This document shows, one piece after another, positions 50,701 through 61,693 of a stretch of 64,000 nt of DNA. The DNA comes from Leptospiraceae bacterium (GTDB lineage: Bacteria; Spirochaetota; Leptospiria; Leptospirales; Leptonemataceae). Position numbers and translations under genes: made by a program. Position 1 is the stretch's first letter, and each line of letters starts with the position of its first letter. Below the pieces are notes generated by a model that saw only the letters and a list, made by a program, of their open reading frames with translations, searched no databases and was not told the origin of the DNA. The stretch spans positions 32,001 through 96,000 of the forward strand of contig JAVJNR010000003.1 of assembly GCA_040217195.1 (NCBI GenBank), written 5' to 3'.

Positions 50701-51084
50701 TTAGTTAGAAAGGTCAGACTCGGTTGCTTCCAGAGCCTCTTCCAGAGTCGGGTAGAGCTTCAGTTCGGGGGGTAAATCCATCAAGCCAAAAACCTTTCGG
50801 AGAAAATTATGAAGTCCACCAATAACAAGTCGCCCGCCATTCTCGCGGGCCCGGTAATGAATCGAAAACAGGATGGCAACCCCGGTGGAATTGATATAGT
50901 CCAACTCGGAAAGATCAAAGATCATTATCTGGCTTGAGTTAGCCAGGAGCTTGTAGAACTTACGATTAAACTCCTGGGAATTGGAATTGGTAATACGTCC
51001 TTCAAGTTTCACCACGCGAATGGAAGATGAATTCAATTCTTTCTCTTCCACCCGTACTTTGAGTTCCGGGAACTCAAGCTCCAT
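50701..51084 (-). CDS. STAS domain anti-sigma factor antagonist
   Basis: DLSELDYINSTG motif. RBS AGGAG before the ATG at 51084. Confidence 0.88.
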   Translation of the reverse strand: MELEFPELKVRVEEKELNSSSIRVVKLEGRITNSNSQEFNRKFYKLLANSSQIMIFDLSELDYINSTGVAILFSIHYRARENGGRLVIGGLHNFLRKVFGLMDLPPELKLYPTLEEALEATESDLSN

Positions 51085-51199
51085 ACTGGACTCCTGTATC
51101 ATTTGACTGATTGGACGAAGAAATCATGGCGAATTACTCCCGAGGGTAAAAAAACCTGCCAATTCCAGGCAGAATATGCCATGCCGTAAGTCATAGGGT

Positions 51200-51580
51200 T
51201 TAGTCCAACACGGCATCGGTATGTACCTCGAACCACAGTTTTTCTGGTAACGGCTTCAGGGGGAAAGAAAAATTTGCATTACCCTTAAAAACGGACTTCA
51301 GGTATCCTCGGTCGCCGGAGATGGGTCCTTCATATTCCAGGTATTTTCGGCGATGATCTGCTTTGCGATGAACCGGCCATCCCAGGGCTCGAGCTTTTAC
51401 ATCCGCTGATAGTTCAAACCTGAAACTTTCTAATCCAGAAACCTTAGTCTGCAGTGCCTTCAAATCCTGCTCGCTTATTTCGTATGTGGGAAGACTCTGT
51501 TCACCGGTATCCAGAAAAAGATCCCCATGGGCCCCCGAACCAATTAGATGGTGCGCTAGATGGAAGCGCAGCACATTCAT
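51200..51580 (-). CDS. LigD 3'-phosphoesterase-like small protein
   Basis: H...HGDLFL and DHRRKYLEYEGPISGDRG. 1-bp overlap with the hom stop. Confidence 0.6.
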   Translation of the reverse strand: MNVLRFHLAHHLIGSGAHGDLFLDTGEQSLPTYEISEQDLKALQTKVSGLESFRFELSADVKARALGWPVHRKADHRRKYLEYEGPISGDRGYLKSVFKGNANFSFPLKPLPEKLWFEVHTDAVLD

Positions 51581-52860
51581 CAGCCCTGTCCTGGCTCCTC
51601 CAGGCGAAGAGCCACTGTAGGCGCTCGAACCATTTCCATCTCGTTAATGATCTTAAGTGCGCCAGACAATGCGCTTTCCCGGGCCTCATGAGTTACGATG
51701 ACTACATCCACAGGCTCCGGGCCTTCTTCCTGATGCATTGTAGCAATACTGATTTCATGGTCCGCCAGAACCCTGGAAATGCCAGCCAGTACTCCGGCCC
51801 GGTCCAGTGTTCTAAATCGAAGATAGAATCGATAGATTGCATCTTTTGCACATTCAAGGGTCCCTGTCCCGGACATCCAGATTTCCGGATCGCTATTCGG
51901 ATTCCGGGCAATGGCAGCAATGTCTCCCAGAACGGCACTGGCAGTGGGAAGTGCTCCGGCGCCTCGTCCAACAATCATGGTGGGTCCCGAATAGGAATCA
52001 TCCATAAACAATGCATTGTTTTCCTCTTCAACGGAGGAGAGCAGATGTTCCCTTGAAATTAGAGCTGGATGCACTCGCAGATGGTATCCATCGGATTTCT
52101 TTTTGGCCACAGCCAGCAGGCGTATAACCTTGCCCATTCGCATGGCCATTGCATGATCTAGAGGACTGAGTTCTGTAATTCCTTCTACCCGGATATCCGA
52201 TTCCTGAACCAGATGGTCGAAAGATAGAGTTGAAAGAATAGCCAGCTTCTGAGCAGCATCCCGGCCACTGACATCGAATGCAGGATCTGCCTCTGCGAAT
52301 CCTTTTTCCTGAGCGATTTTAAGCGCATCTTCGTAGGCCATGTCCTCTTTTTGCATTCTGGTGATTATAAAATTGCAGGTGCCGTTGAGGATTCCAAACA
52401 TTTCCCGGATTTCGCTACCGACCCATACCCGGCGAAGATTTCGGATAACAGGAAGTGCTCCGGCAACAGCCGCTTCAAAACCCACTTCCTTTCGGGCTTT
52501 CTGAGCCTGTTCGAATATTTCTTTTCCATGGTTGGCCAGCAATGCCTTGTTGGCCGTGACTACATGTTTTCCATTTTCGAGAGCCTTTAGCACCCATTGC
52601 CGGGCAGGATCCAGGCCACCGATCAGTTCTACTACTACATCCACATCCGGCCTGGACATTACAGCCAGGGCATCGTCGCTTACATCAAAATCCCGATTCT
52701 TTAAGAATGGTTTTCTGGCATGAGAACGATCTGCAACAGCGACTATTCTAATTTTCTTTCCGATTCGCTCGGAGAGGTTTCTGGCTCTACCTTCAATTAG
52801 CTCAATCAGGCCCTGACCAACGGTACCGGCACCCAGAAGAGCTATGCGAAGCTCATTCAT
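51580..52860 (-). CDS. hom: Homoserine dehydrogenase with ACT domain
   Basis: Motifs GAGTVG, VVTANKA, FEAAVAG, GILNGT, GFAEADP and GRGAG..PTASAV. C-terminal DRAGVLA. Confidence 0.96.
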   Translation of the reverse strand: MNELRIALLGAGTVGQGLIELIEGRARNLSERIGKKIRIVAVADRSHARKPFLKNRDFDVSDDALAVMSRPDVDVVVELIGGLDPARQWVLKALENGKHVVTANKALLANHGKEIFEQAQKARKEVGFEAAVAGALPVIRNLRRVWVGSEIREMFGILNGTCNFIITRMQKEDMAYEDALKIAQEKGFAEADPAFDVSGRDAAQKLAILSTLSFDHLVQESDIRVEGITELSPLDHAMAMRMGKVIRLLAVAKKKSDGYHLRVHPALISREHLLSSVEEENNALFMDDSYSGPTMIVGRGAGALPTASAVLGDIAAIARNPNSDPEIWMSGTGTLECAKDAIYRFYLRFRTLDRAGVLAGISRVLADHEISIATMHQEEGPEPVDVVIVTHEARESALSGALKIINEMEMVRAPTVALRLEEPGQG

Positions 52861-53147
52861 GATTTGCCCTCATCGCCTCGTCTAAAGAAATTCAGTCCTC
52901 TGGATTCATTGCTCGAATCTGACTGCATCTTTTCCAGAGCCTGTTCATCCACCTGGAATGCTGCTTCCGATCTTCTTCTCTTGCCTCTTTGTGGCATTTC
53001 TCGAAGTAATTCTTCCAATCGCTTCTGAGCCAGACGGTCATTTCTAACCTGATTCACCACTGATTTCGGATAGGACTCGGGATAATTATGAATATTCAAG
53101 AGCTCGATGTCATCCAGCGGTATGGATTCTTGTTTCTTACGCGCCAT
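52857..53147 (-). CDS. Hypothetical protein
   Basis: 96-aa ORF with a 4-bp overlap onto the hom start. Confidence 0.6.
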   Translation of the reverse strand: MARKKQESIPLDDIELLNIHNYPESYPKSVVNQVRNDRLAQKRLEELLREMPQRGKRRRSEAAFQVDEQALEKMQSDSSNESRGLNFFRRGDEGKS

Positions 53148-53243
53148 AGATCTCTGGGAAAACGCCTGGAGGGCATGACTCAGTCAAGTCAATTCACCTG
53201 GTTTTTCTTGACACATCAGGCTGAGCGGGCCTTTCAAGAGTCT

Positions 53244-54656
53244 GTGAACCCATTTAATGCCCTGGAGCGCTCCATAAAACGATTCTATGCTCCGGCACCC
53301 AGCACAACTCCCCTTTCCTCTGCTGAAGTTGAGAAAAAGTACCCCTGGATGAGATGGCAAATCCTGGAATCTACATTCCTGGGATACGCTACATTTTACC
53401 TGGTTCGAAATAACCTGGCTCCGGCCCAGGCAGCCTTCGGCGAAGCCATGGGCTATGATAAGACGATGCTGGGCACAATAATTACAGCCACTGCAATCTC
53501 CTATGGCATGGGTAAATTCATAATGGGAGGAATGTCAGACAGAAGCAATCCCCGGGTCTTTATGGCCACTGGTCTGATCCTTAGCGCTATATGTAATTTT
53601 CTCTTTGGAATGGCTCAGGACTATCAGGCACATTTATTTCTCTGGTCATTGAATGGATTCTTTCAGGGGATGGGCTGGGGGCCCTGTGGAAGAAGCCTGG
53701 GACACTGGTACGCATTGCGAGAAAGGGGAACCATTTTCGGAGTATGGAACATTGCTCATAATGTGGGTGGTGCTGTCATTGGTGCATTGTCCGGCTATCT
53801 GGCCAAGAACTACGGATGGGAAAATGCATTCATAGTACCAGGGATCATTGCTTTGATCGGAGCTGCCTATTTGATCTGGCGATTAAGAGATACTCCGCAG
53901 TCAGTGGGATTACCACCGGTAGAAAATTATATCAATCAACATCCGGATCGAGCGCTGGATTTTTCGGGTAAGCAGTACCCCGCTTCTGGCTCAAAGGAAA
54001 TAGGTTCTGAGATTCTACATCATCCTGAAGTGGATGATCCGGAACGGGAATTGAGTACAAAGGAATTATTCTTCAACTACATACTCAGTAATCCAGCGCT
54101 CTGGATTTTCGCATTTTGTAACTTCTTCGTTTACATTGGTCGCTACAGTCTTCTGGACTGGGGGCCCACATACCTGGCTGAAGAAAAAGGGGCTACACTG
54201 TTGCAAGGTGGAAATAGCAATACCATATTTGAAATAGCCGGCATTTTTTCCACGTTACTGGTAGGCTGGCTTTCCGACCGACTGGGCGGACGACGAGGAA
54301 TGGTATCATTGCTCTGCCTGATTCCCATACTGGGCTCTGTCATTGCCATCTGGATGATTCCGCCCGGTCATCTTTACCTTGATCTATTCTTCTTTGGAGT
54401 GATTGGATTTTTTATCTATCCTCCGGTTATGCTACTGGGCGTGGCAGGCCTGGACTTTACGTCTAAAAAAGCTGTGGGAGCCGCGGCCGGATTCATCGGT
54501 CTGTTCGGATATGCCGGTCGCGCAGTACAGGGCACAGGCCTGGGATGGATTGCAGAAAACTACGGTTGGAACGCCTCCCTTTCAGCGATTGCAATATGTA
54601 TGGTCCTGGCCATTATTCTACTTTCCTTTACCTGGAAATTGCGTCCTCAGAGCTGA
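53244..54656 (+). CDS. MFS organophosphate:phosphate antiporter (GlpT/PgtP/UhpC family)
   Basis: Motifs GYATFYLVRNN, SDRSNPR, FQGMGW.PC, WNIAHNVGG, RDTPQSVGLPP and KKAVG. Probable GTG start at 53244. Confidence 0.92.
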   Translation: MNPFNALERSIKRFYAPAPSTTPLSSAEVEKKYPWMRWQILESTFLGYATFYLVRNNLAPAQAAFGEAMGYDKTMLGTIITATAISYGMGKFIMGGMSDRSNPRVFMATGLILSAICNFLFGMAQDYQAHLFLWSLNGFFQGMGWGPCGRSLGHWYALRERGTIFGVWNIAHNVGGAVIGALSGYLAKNYGWENAFIVPGIIALIGAAYLIWRLRDTPQSVGLPPVENYINQHPDRALDFSGKQYPASGSKEIGSEILHHPEVDDPERELSTKELFFNYILSNPALWIFAFCNFFVYIGRYSLLDWGPTYLAEEKGATLLQGGNSNTIFEIAGIFSTLLVGWLSDRLGGRRGMVSLLCLIPILGSVIAIWMIPPGHLYLDLFFFGVIGFFIYPPVMLLGVAGLDFTSKKAVGAAAGFIGLFGYAGRAVQGTGLGWIAENYGWNASLSAIAICMVLAIILLSFTWKLRPQS

Positions 54657-54667
54657 TTCGATCTAGA

Positions 54668-55681
54668 ATGTTTAATGCAGAACATAGAAAGTTAAGACAG
54701 CCGGGCACAGCCGTGGCACCTGGAGAAGAAGAACTTACTTCGGTGTACCTGGCTGGCCCGGATGAATCCATTGAAGCGGAAATCTGTCCTGAGGTTGGAT
54801 GCACATGTTTTTCGCTTCGAATTAAGGGAGAGGAGCTTTTACATTTTCCCTTTAATCTCAATCATTATAGAGCCAGCAAGGACCTGGCAGGAATTCCAGT
54901 ATTATACCCCTGGGCCAATCGACTGGAAAAGGACTTAATCCCCTTTCGCGGAAAGGAGTTCCCGCTGAGTGGCGAAAGCATCTATCGAGATGGAAATGGT
55001 TTACCAATCCATGGACTTATCCTGAAATCCAGTTCCTGGACTTTGAAAGATCTGAATGCATCCCGAGATTTCGCAAGAGCTCTGTTTGAGTTTGACATTG
55101 AGTCAGATGCAGTGATGCGAAACAACTTTCCATTCGCACAGGCTATCCTGCTAACCTTTGAGCTCCAGGAAAACACTCTTAGAATTTTGCTGGAAGTGGA
55201 GAATCGAGATAGAAGCCCTTTTCCCGTAACTCCAGGATTTCATCCCTACTTTTCCCTGGGAAAATATGAACGAAATAACGTAAGACTTTCCATACCAGCG
55301 CGCAACTCTATGGGCCTGGATAGTCAATATCTTCCGGATGGTTCCAGTCTATCTGTCACCGAGAAATGGCCGGATCATGCAAATCTAATACTGGGAAGCC
55401 ATAAATTCGACACAGTATTTACGGACCTGGAGGGTGAGGACCCGGTTTTCAAACTGATTCGGCCGGACCTCAGCATAAATCTGCACTGTGGCAAAGATTT
55501 TCCTGTGGGGATCGTATATAGTCCTCCTGCGGAGAGATTCGTATGTCTGGAGCCAATGACTGCGCCCACCAATGCCATGTTCATGCATAGCAGAGGGCAA
55601 TGGGAAATACCGATTCTGGAACCAGGTCAGAAGCAAATGTTTGAGCACTGGATTGAAATCGGCCCAGGACATTCTAAGTGA
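54668..55681 (+). CDS. Aldose 1-epimerase family protein
   Basis: Motifs GIPVLYPWANR, IHGL, FPF, GFHPYF and VCLEPMT. Confidence 0.9.
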   Translation: MFNAEHRKLRQPGTAVAPGEEELTSVYLAGPDESIEAEICPEVGCTCFSLRIKGEELLHFPFNLNHYRASKDLAGIPVLYPWANRLEKDLIPFRGKEFPLSGESIYRDGNGLPIHGLILKSSSWTLKDLNASRDFARALFEFDIESDAVMRNNFPFAQAILLTFELQENTLRILLEVENRDRSPFPVTPGFHPYFSLGKYERNNVRLSIPARNSMGLDSQYLPDGSSLSVTEKWPDHANLILGSHKFDTVFTDLEGEDPVFKLIRPDLSINLHCGKDFPVGIVYSPPAERFVCLEPMTAPTNAMFMHSRGQWEIPILEPGQKQMFEHWIEIGPGHSK

Positions 55682-55820
55682 TATTCCGGTAATCCTGAAT
55701 AATCAGGCGCGCATCTTTAGAAGCTAGCATGGAGTTATACAACAAACGTTCGTATAGCAGCCGGGCAAAACATTCCTGTGTTCGCATGATGCAAAATGGC
55801 GCTGGAAGTCAGCGCCTGTG

Positions 55821-55862
55821 CGACTAAATCAGATCGACTAAATCAGATCGTTTCAATCAGAA
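55821..55862. repeat. Short 14-bp tandem repeat (two exact copies and one degenerate)
   Basis: CGACTAAATCAGAT twice, then CGTTTCAATCAGAA, between convergent genes. Confidence 0.8.
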
Positions 55863-55865
55863 CGG

Positions 55866-56666
55866 TCAATTCGCCAGGAAATCCACTGTAGTCCGGGAAA
55901 GGGATCCCAGCTCAAATCCGTCCAGAGGATACTGAATTCTATTATGAGCCGCCGTCCGGGCCGCCCCCGCCACAACGATTAAAGGCAGAAAGTGCTCTTG
56001 CGATGGATGATTGATTTGTGCATGTGGAGCAGTCCTTCTATAATTCAGCAACGCTTCATCGTCGCCGTCTTCCAGGGCTTTTTTAATGAAATCCTGGAAT
56101 TGCTGCATCGGAGCCGGCACCTCCATTCCACCGGAGAAATCTATAGCCCCCAGGTTATGCGTTAATCCTCCGCTTCCTATTAACCAGACTCCTTTTCTGC
56201 TGCCCATCCAATTGGCAATATGCTGGCCCAGGGCAAATAGCTCTGCCGGTGTATAGGAGGGCAAACTGATCTGTAGAATGGGTACATTTGCCTCGGGAAA
56301 AAGCCAGTACATAGGAGTCCAGACCCCATGATCCCATCCGCGTTCTTCCTGGTGCACAGTAAGTCCCTGTTTCTGAAGATACTGCTGCAAAGAACTTCGA
56401 TCTTCTGGTGCTCCAGGCGCAGGATACTGAATCTTATAAAGCTCTTCAGGAAATCCGTAGAAGTCATAAATCAAATCCAGACTTTCTGCAGTTCCCAGTA
56501 TCAATTCCCTGCTTTCCCAGTGAGCTGAAACTAGAATTATCAGTTCCGGCCCAGTCTGATCATGCGAACTCCAGAGCTGCTTTCGCCATTTCAGGTATTG
56601 CTCACCGCGATCACTGTCCATGACCATGGTTGGCGCTCCATGACTAATAAAAGAAAAACCGTTCAT
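55866..56666 (-). CDS. Class III extradiol dioxygenase (DODA/LigB/YgiD-like)
   Basis: Motifs FISHGAP, VSAHW, YDFYGFP, RGWDHG, GSGGLTHNL and HPSQEHFLPL. Confidence 0.92.
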   Translation of the reverse strand: MNGFSFISHGAPTMVMDSDRGEQYLKWRKQLWSSHDQTGPELIILVSAHWESRELILGTAESLDLIYDFYGFPEELYKIQYPAPGAPEDRSSLQQYLQKQGLTVHQEERGWDHGVWTPMYWLFPEANVPILQISLPSYTPAELFALGQHIANWMGSRKGVWLIGSGGLTHNLGAIDFSGGMEVPAPMQQFQDFIKKALEDGDDEALLNYRRTAPHAQINHPSQEHFLPLIVVAGAARTAAHNRIQYPLDGFELGSLSRTTVDFLAN

Positions 56667-56785
56667 CTTACTATTTGTGTGCTCAGAGCTCAAAGAGTTA
56701 CTCAAATTCCGGGTCATGGCAAATGGAAAGTAAATAAGATATGGGTCTTTTTTGCCCCTGCTGAGGCCCACCTGATGCAAATATC

Positions 56786-58864
56786 TTGATCTTCTCTTAC
56801 GTCAATCCAGGATCATCCCCGTTGCAAGATAGAGAATTCACCTTTCGAGCAGTCTTTCTGGGTCTGATTCTATCGGTGGTCCTGGGGGCCGCCAATACAT
56901 ACCTGGGGCTTTATGCAGGGCTTACCGTATCGGCTTCCATCCCGGCCGCTGTTATATCCATGTTTATACTGCGAAAGGTGCTTCGTTCCGGAAGCATTCT
57001 TGAGAACAACATTGTGCAATCCATGGCTTCTGCCGGAGAATCCCTGGCGGCAGGGGTAATCTTTACAATACCGGCTCTTATTATTTCCCGAAACTGGCAT
57101 GATTTTGCGTTCTGGCCCACAACTCTGGTGGCATTTTCAGGAGGGATGCTGGGTATTCTGTTTTTGATCCCATTTCGCAAGCCGTTCATTTCCACAGACC
57201 AACAAAGACCGGAGCTTAAACAGGATCTGATCTATCCGGAAGGCGAAGCCTGCGCTCTGGTTCTAAAAACCGGAGATCAGTCCGGTCAGGCTACGTCCAT
57301 TTTCTCAGGAATGACAGTTGGAATCCTATTCAAATTCATTACTTCCTTACTTGTTAAATCCAGCGCCTACTTCGTATTGCCTTTGAGCGGATCCGGTCGC
57401 CGGGTTGGATATATGGGTCTGGACTTTTCTGTAGCTCTTGCTGGCGTGGGCTTCATTGTTGGTCTTCGCATTGCAGCCATGGTATTTGCAGGGGGACTGA
57501 TTACCTGGATGTTCATTTTGCCGCTTTTTGGACCGATAAATCCGGCTACATCTCTGGAACCACAGGTATTCAGCTTCTGGTCGGCCCATGGCAGATTCGC
57601 AGGGGTGGGAGCTATGCTCATTGGCACCGTAGAATCTTTGCTACTTGCATCCTCCGTATTGCGAACCTTTTCTTTGAATTCCCTAAAGGATAAATTGAAA
57701 TCCTTATTCGATGGCTCCAGTCCGGCTGCAGAGGCTAAGACGGTTGCTCCAATGTCGGAAACGGAAAGAGATCTACCTCCCTGGCTGGTTGCAGGCCTTA
57801 TTCTGTTCACATCCATCGTGGCTGGCTCTCTAATAGTAAACATGAATGGTTGGCTGGCTCTTCCGCTCATTTTCTGGATCTTAATTCTATCATTTCCTGT
57901 GGTGGCCGTGGCGGCTTACCTGGTGGGCCTCGTGGGCTCCTCGAATTCACCTGTTTCTGGAATAACGCTTACAGTATTGCTACTCACCGGCATTTTGCTT
58001 CTACCATTCCTGGATGGAAAAGAAGGAGTACTGGCCATGCTTCTGGTTGCGGGAATGATTTGCTGTGCAGCTGCCACCTCGGGCGACATAGCCCAGGATT
58101 TGCGCACCGGTTCATTGGTAGGAGCCCGGCCCTACAGGCAGCAACTGGCAGAAATTCTAGGAGTAGCGGTTAGCGCTCCTTTCTTTGCTCTGGTTTTGCA
58201 GCTACTGCATGAAACCTATGGTATTGGAGACCAGGGGCTACTCAAAGCGCCCCAGGCCACTCTGTTTGCCTCTCTGGCAGAGAGCATGTTCTCTGATGCT
58301 CCCTTGCCTGTATTCATGATCTCTGTGGGAGCACTGCTTGGAGCTCTGCTTTTTTTCTGGAATCGCTATGGACTTTACCGAATACCCATCATGCCCGTGG
58401 CCGTAGGTATGTACCTACCTCTAAGTGTTTCCAGTCCGTTACTACTTGGAGGTATTCTATTCTATGCCCATCGACGATGGAGTTCCGGATCCAGAACCGA
58501 GGATTCAATTTCGCAAAGCAAGTCAGAGGCCACGGCAGCTCTGGATTCAATTGTTGCAAGTCCCCTGGAGTCAGAAAACAACGAGAATTCAGACCTGAAC
58601 CGGGCCAAAGCCGGGTCCGATTCGCCTGCATCCGAAACAGAAGGCGGATGGAAATCTACCTTGAATCGATGGGTGGGAGATCCGTTGCTTTACAGTTCCG
58701 GCCTAATAGCTGGTGAAGCCCTGGGCGGAATTATGCTGGCTCTGTGGATTCTGTATGCCGGGGGGAGCACCGGAGGAAGTTCTTATTTCATTGGCCTGGT
58801 CATATTTTTAATTGTGTTGTTGCCAATGTCTCCGGTCCTATCAAGATTCACCCGACGGTCCTAG
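56786..58864 (+). CDS. OPT family oligopeptide transporter
   Basis: Motifs NTYLGLYAGLTVSASIPAAV, ENNIVQ, YPEG.AC, QDLRTG and APQA. Start is uncertain. Confidence 0.92.
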   Translation: MIFSYVNPGSSPLQDREFTFRAVFLGLILSVVLGAANTYLGLYAGLTVSASIPAAVISMFILRKVLRSGSILENNIVQSMASAGESLAAGVIFTIPALIISRNWHDFAFWPTTLVAFSGGMLGILFLIPFRKPFISTDQQRPELKQDLIYPEGEACALVLKTGDQSGQATSIFSGMTVGILFKFITSLLVKSSAYFVLPLSGSGRRVGYMGLDFSVALAGVGFIVGLRIAAMVFAGGLITWMFILPLFGPINPATSLEPQVFSFWSAHGRFAGVGAMLIGTVESLLLASSVLRTFSLNSLKDKLKSLFDGSSPAAEAKTVAPMSETERDLPPWLVAGLILFTSIVAGSLIVNMNGWLALPLIFWILILSFPVVAVAAYLVGLVGSSNSPVSGITLTVLLLTGILLLPFLDGKEGVLAMLLVAGMICCAAATSGDIAQDLRTGSLVGARPYRQQLAEILGVAVSAPFFALVLQLLHETYGIGDQGLLKAPQATLFASLAESMFSDAPLPVFMISVGALLGALLFFWNRYGLYRIPIMPVAVGMYLPLSVSSPLLLGGILFYAHRRWSSGSRTEDSISQSKSEATAALDSIVASPLESENNENSDLNRAKAGSDSPASETEGGWKSTLNRWVGDPLLYSSGLIAGEALGGIMLALWILYAGGSTGGSSYFIGLVIFLIVLLPMSPVLSRFTRRS

Positions 58865-58909
58865 TACCTTTACTCCCGTTCCAGGGAGCCGACTGCACGC
58901 AAAAATTTT

Positions 58910-61693
58910 ATGAAACGAGATCTGAGAGGCATCTTCTATATTCCATTGATTTACTTCATCCTGGGAAGCCTCTGGATTCTTGTGTCCGACAAGATCGCAT
59001 TGTCGGAAGTTACGGATCCAGTAGCTATGAATCAGCTTCAGACTTTAAAAGGTCTGGCCTATGTAACCGCTTCATCACTGCTACTGTTTGCTCTGGTATA
59101 CTTCTATACCAGGAACCTGGATGCGAACCGAATGCGATTGCAGGATTCCAGAAACAAGCTCCGGAATATTATTGAAAGTCTTCCCAGTGGAATTGCAGAA
59201 ACAGATGCTGCGGGTCGCGTGGAGTATGTATCCGATCGATTTGCGGCCATTGCAGGACTGGAAAAAAAGAGAATCCTGAACCAGTATATTCAGGATTTCT
59301 TTCCCGAGGTTTCGCAGATCATCGATGCTGATTTCTCTGCACCCGGAACTCCGGAAGTGCTTTCTCTGTGGCAATCCTCCGGAATGAGTCCGGACCAGAA
59401 AGCATTTCGCATTAGATGTTTTCTGAGGTCTGCAGGGGAGTCCAAAGAGACTGTGTCCGGTCGTCGATTCGAGTTAACCGACATTACCCGATCCTATCGC
59501 AGAGATAAGATCCAGCGTACAATGCGAGACCTGGATCAAATGATTATCAATGAGCAGTCCCAGTATCAGATCTTTCATTTCCTCTGCCATCGATTTCAGG
59601 AAATTTATGGGCTTCCTCTTTGCTGGATTGGAGTGGCCGAGCCCGATTTTTCTGTTCGAATCGCAGCGCATGCTGGACCCAGAAAGGATTATCTTCGCAA
59701 TCTCTCAGTTCGCTGGGATGAAAGTACTGCCGGCGAAGGTCCGGCAGGGAGAGCCATTCGATTCCAGCAGGTATACAGATCCGATCAACCAGAAATGGAT
59801 ATGGGCCCCTGGGCTGTGGCCATGTTCACTCATAACCTGCGCACTGCTGTAGCCTTCCCTCTTGTGGTGGATCGTCGTTCTATTGGGGTGTTCTGCCTGT
59901 ACTCGGAAGATAATCAGGGATTCCGGGATGAAATTCTAGCAGAGCTGGATGAGGCAGCAGAAAGACTATCTCTTACTATTAGCTTTTCGCTGAAGAAAGA
60001 GCGATTGGAGCTTTTTTCCAGAGCCATGGATTCGGCTGCAAATGTAATCTTTGTAGTGGACCATCTACTACGAATGGTCTGGTCCAACCGTGCCTTTCAA
60101 GAAAGAAGTAATCTGAGACCGCCGGAACTATTTCAGAAATCAATATCGGAAATTCCGTATCTTGAAGGTAGGGACTACCAGGAAGCACTTGGCCGTACCT
60201 TGCTTAGCGGTCGAGTGTGGACCGGGGAAATCATAGAAGGTTCCATGGAAGGAGACCATAGAATTGCATTTCTCACCGTTACACCCATTGAAAACGATTC
60301 TGGACAGATCCGATATCTATCGGTGGTTCAAGAAGATATTACAGAAGTCAGGGAAGCAGAAAAACGAATTCGCAGCATTAGCATATTCGATAGTGTAACT
60401 GGCCTACCCAATCGAAAACGATTCGAACAGGTACTCAGTGCCACCATTCAAGCCGCCCGTCCGGACGAGCAATTGATCGGACTGTTTGTTTTCGACCTGG
60501 TCCGATTCAAAGAAATCAATGAGCAAATGGGGTTCCGGGGAGGTGATCGATACCTTCAAGAACTTGCCAATATGCTCAAATCAGAGTTACCTGAGAATGG
60601 CACTCTGTTTCGTCTGGATAGCGATGTATTTGCCGTCCTGCTAGAAGATCTCCCGGATACAGAAACAGCGGTCAAGCTTTCGTACGAGATTGCTCAAACC
60701 GCCGGCAGTAACGTTAGCATTGGCGACCATACCTGGGCCAGGGAAATCCATGGTGGGTTATCTTTCTTTCCGCTAGATGGAGGTTCCTTCGAGCAGCTAT
60801 TCAATTGCGCAGAAATTGCTCAGGACCAGGCCCGCCAGGAAGGACCGGGTAGAATACTACAGTTTTCCGAAGAGATGGTTCGCGAAAGTAGAAACACTCT
60901 GAAATTGCATCAGGAAATCTACAACGCCCTGAATGAGGGACAATTTAGATTGGTCTTCCAGCCTGAGTTTAACGTTCTAACCCAGGAGGTTTTTCGTTTC
61001 GAGGCTTTGATGCGATGGAATCATCCGGAAAAAGGCGAAGTATCGCCTGCAACGTTTATACCGGTTGCAGAGCACTTTGGAAGTATTCTAGATCTGGGCG
61101 ATTTTCTCTTTCAGGAACTTCTGAGACTGGAATCTGAATGGAAGTCCAGATTGGGCCGCACTCTACCCATCGCCATTAATCTTTCGCCGGCTCAATTCAG
61201 AGATCCTCATCTGGTGCAGAAGATTGGAGCCCTTCTGGAAGAGTTCTAGGATGACGAACCATTTCTGGAGCTGGAAGTGACTGAAACGGCTCTGTTTTCG
61301 GACCTACAAATCGCAGAAACGCAGATGACACGCTTAAGAGCCAGAAACCTTCGGATCAGCCTGGATGATTTTGGTACCGGCTACTCTTCGCTTTCTGCAA
61401 TTCGCACATTTCCGATTACTGGTATAAAAATCGATCGGAGCTTTGTTTCTGGTCTGCCAGAGAATCATAGAAATCAGGCTATAGTTAAATCCATGATAGA
61501 CCTGGCTAAAAATATGAAACTTACCGTTGTGGCAGAAGGCACGGAAACCAGATCCCAGATTGAAATCTTAAGGGACCTGGGTTGCATCCGCTGCCAGGGG
61601 TATCTATTCAGTCCTCCGGTGGAAGCCTCTGCAGTGACCAAAAAGATTCAGGAAGGTACGTTCAAGATGGCAAGGACTCATCAGCTATATTAG
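58910..61693 (+). pseudogene. TM-PAS-GAF-PAS-GGDEF-EAL c-di-GMP phosphodiesterase interrupted by an in-frame TAG at 61247-61249
   Basis: The frame continues after TAG (EEF*DDEPFLELEVTE) into DDFGTGYSSL, IKIDRSFV, VAEG and QGYLFS. The GGDEF motif is degenerate (RLDSDVF). Confidence 0.8.

Noticed and set aside
61247..61249. Pyrrolysine or genome-wide TAG recoding
   Set aside because: TAG is a normal stop in many genes here (e.g. penicillin acylase, ispF, feoB, manA), and no pyl genes are visible.
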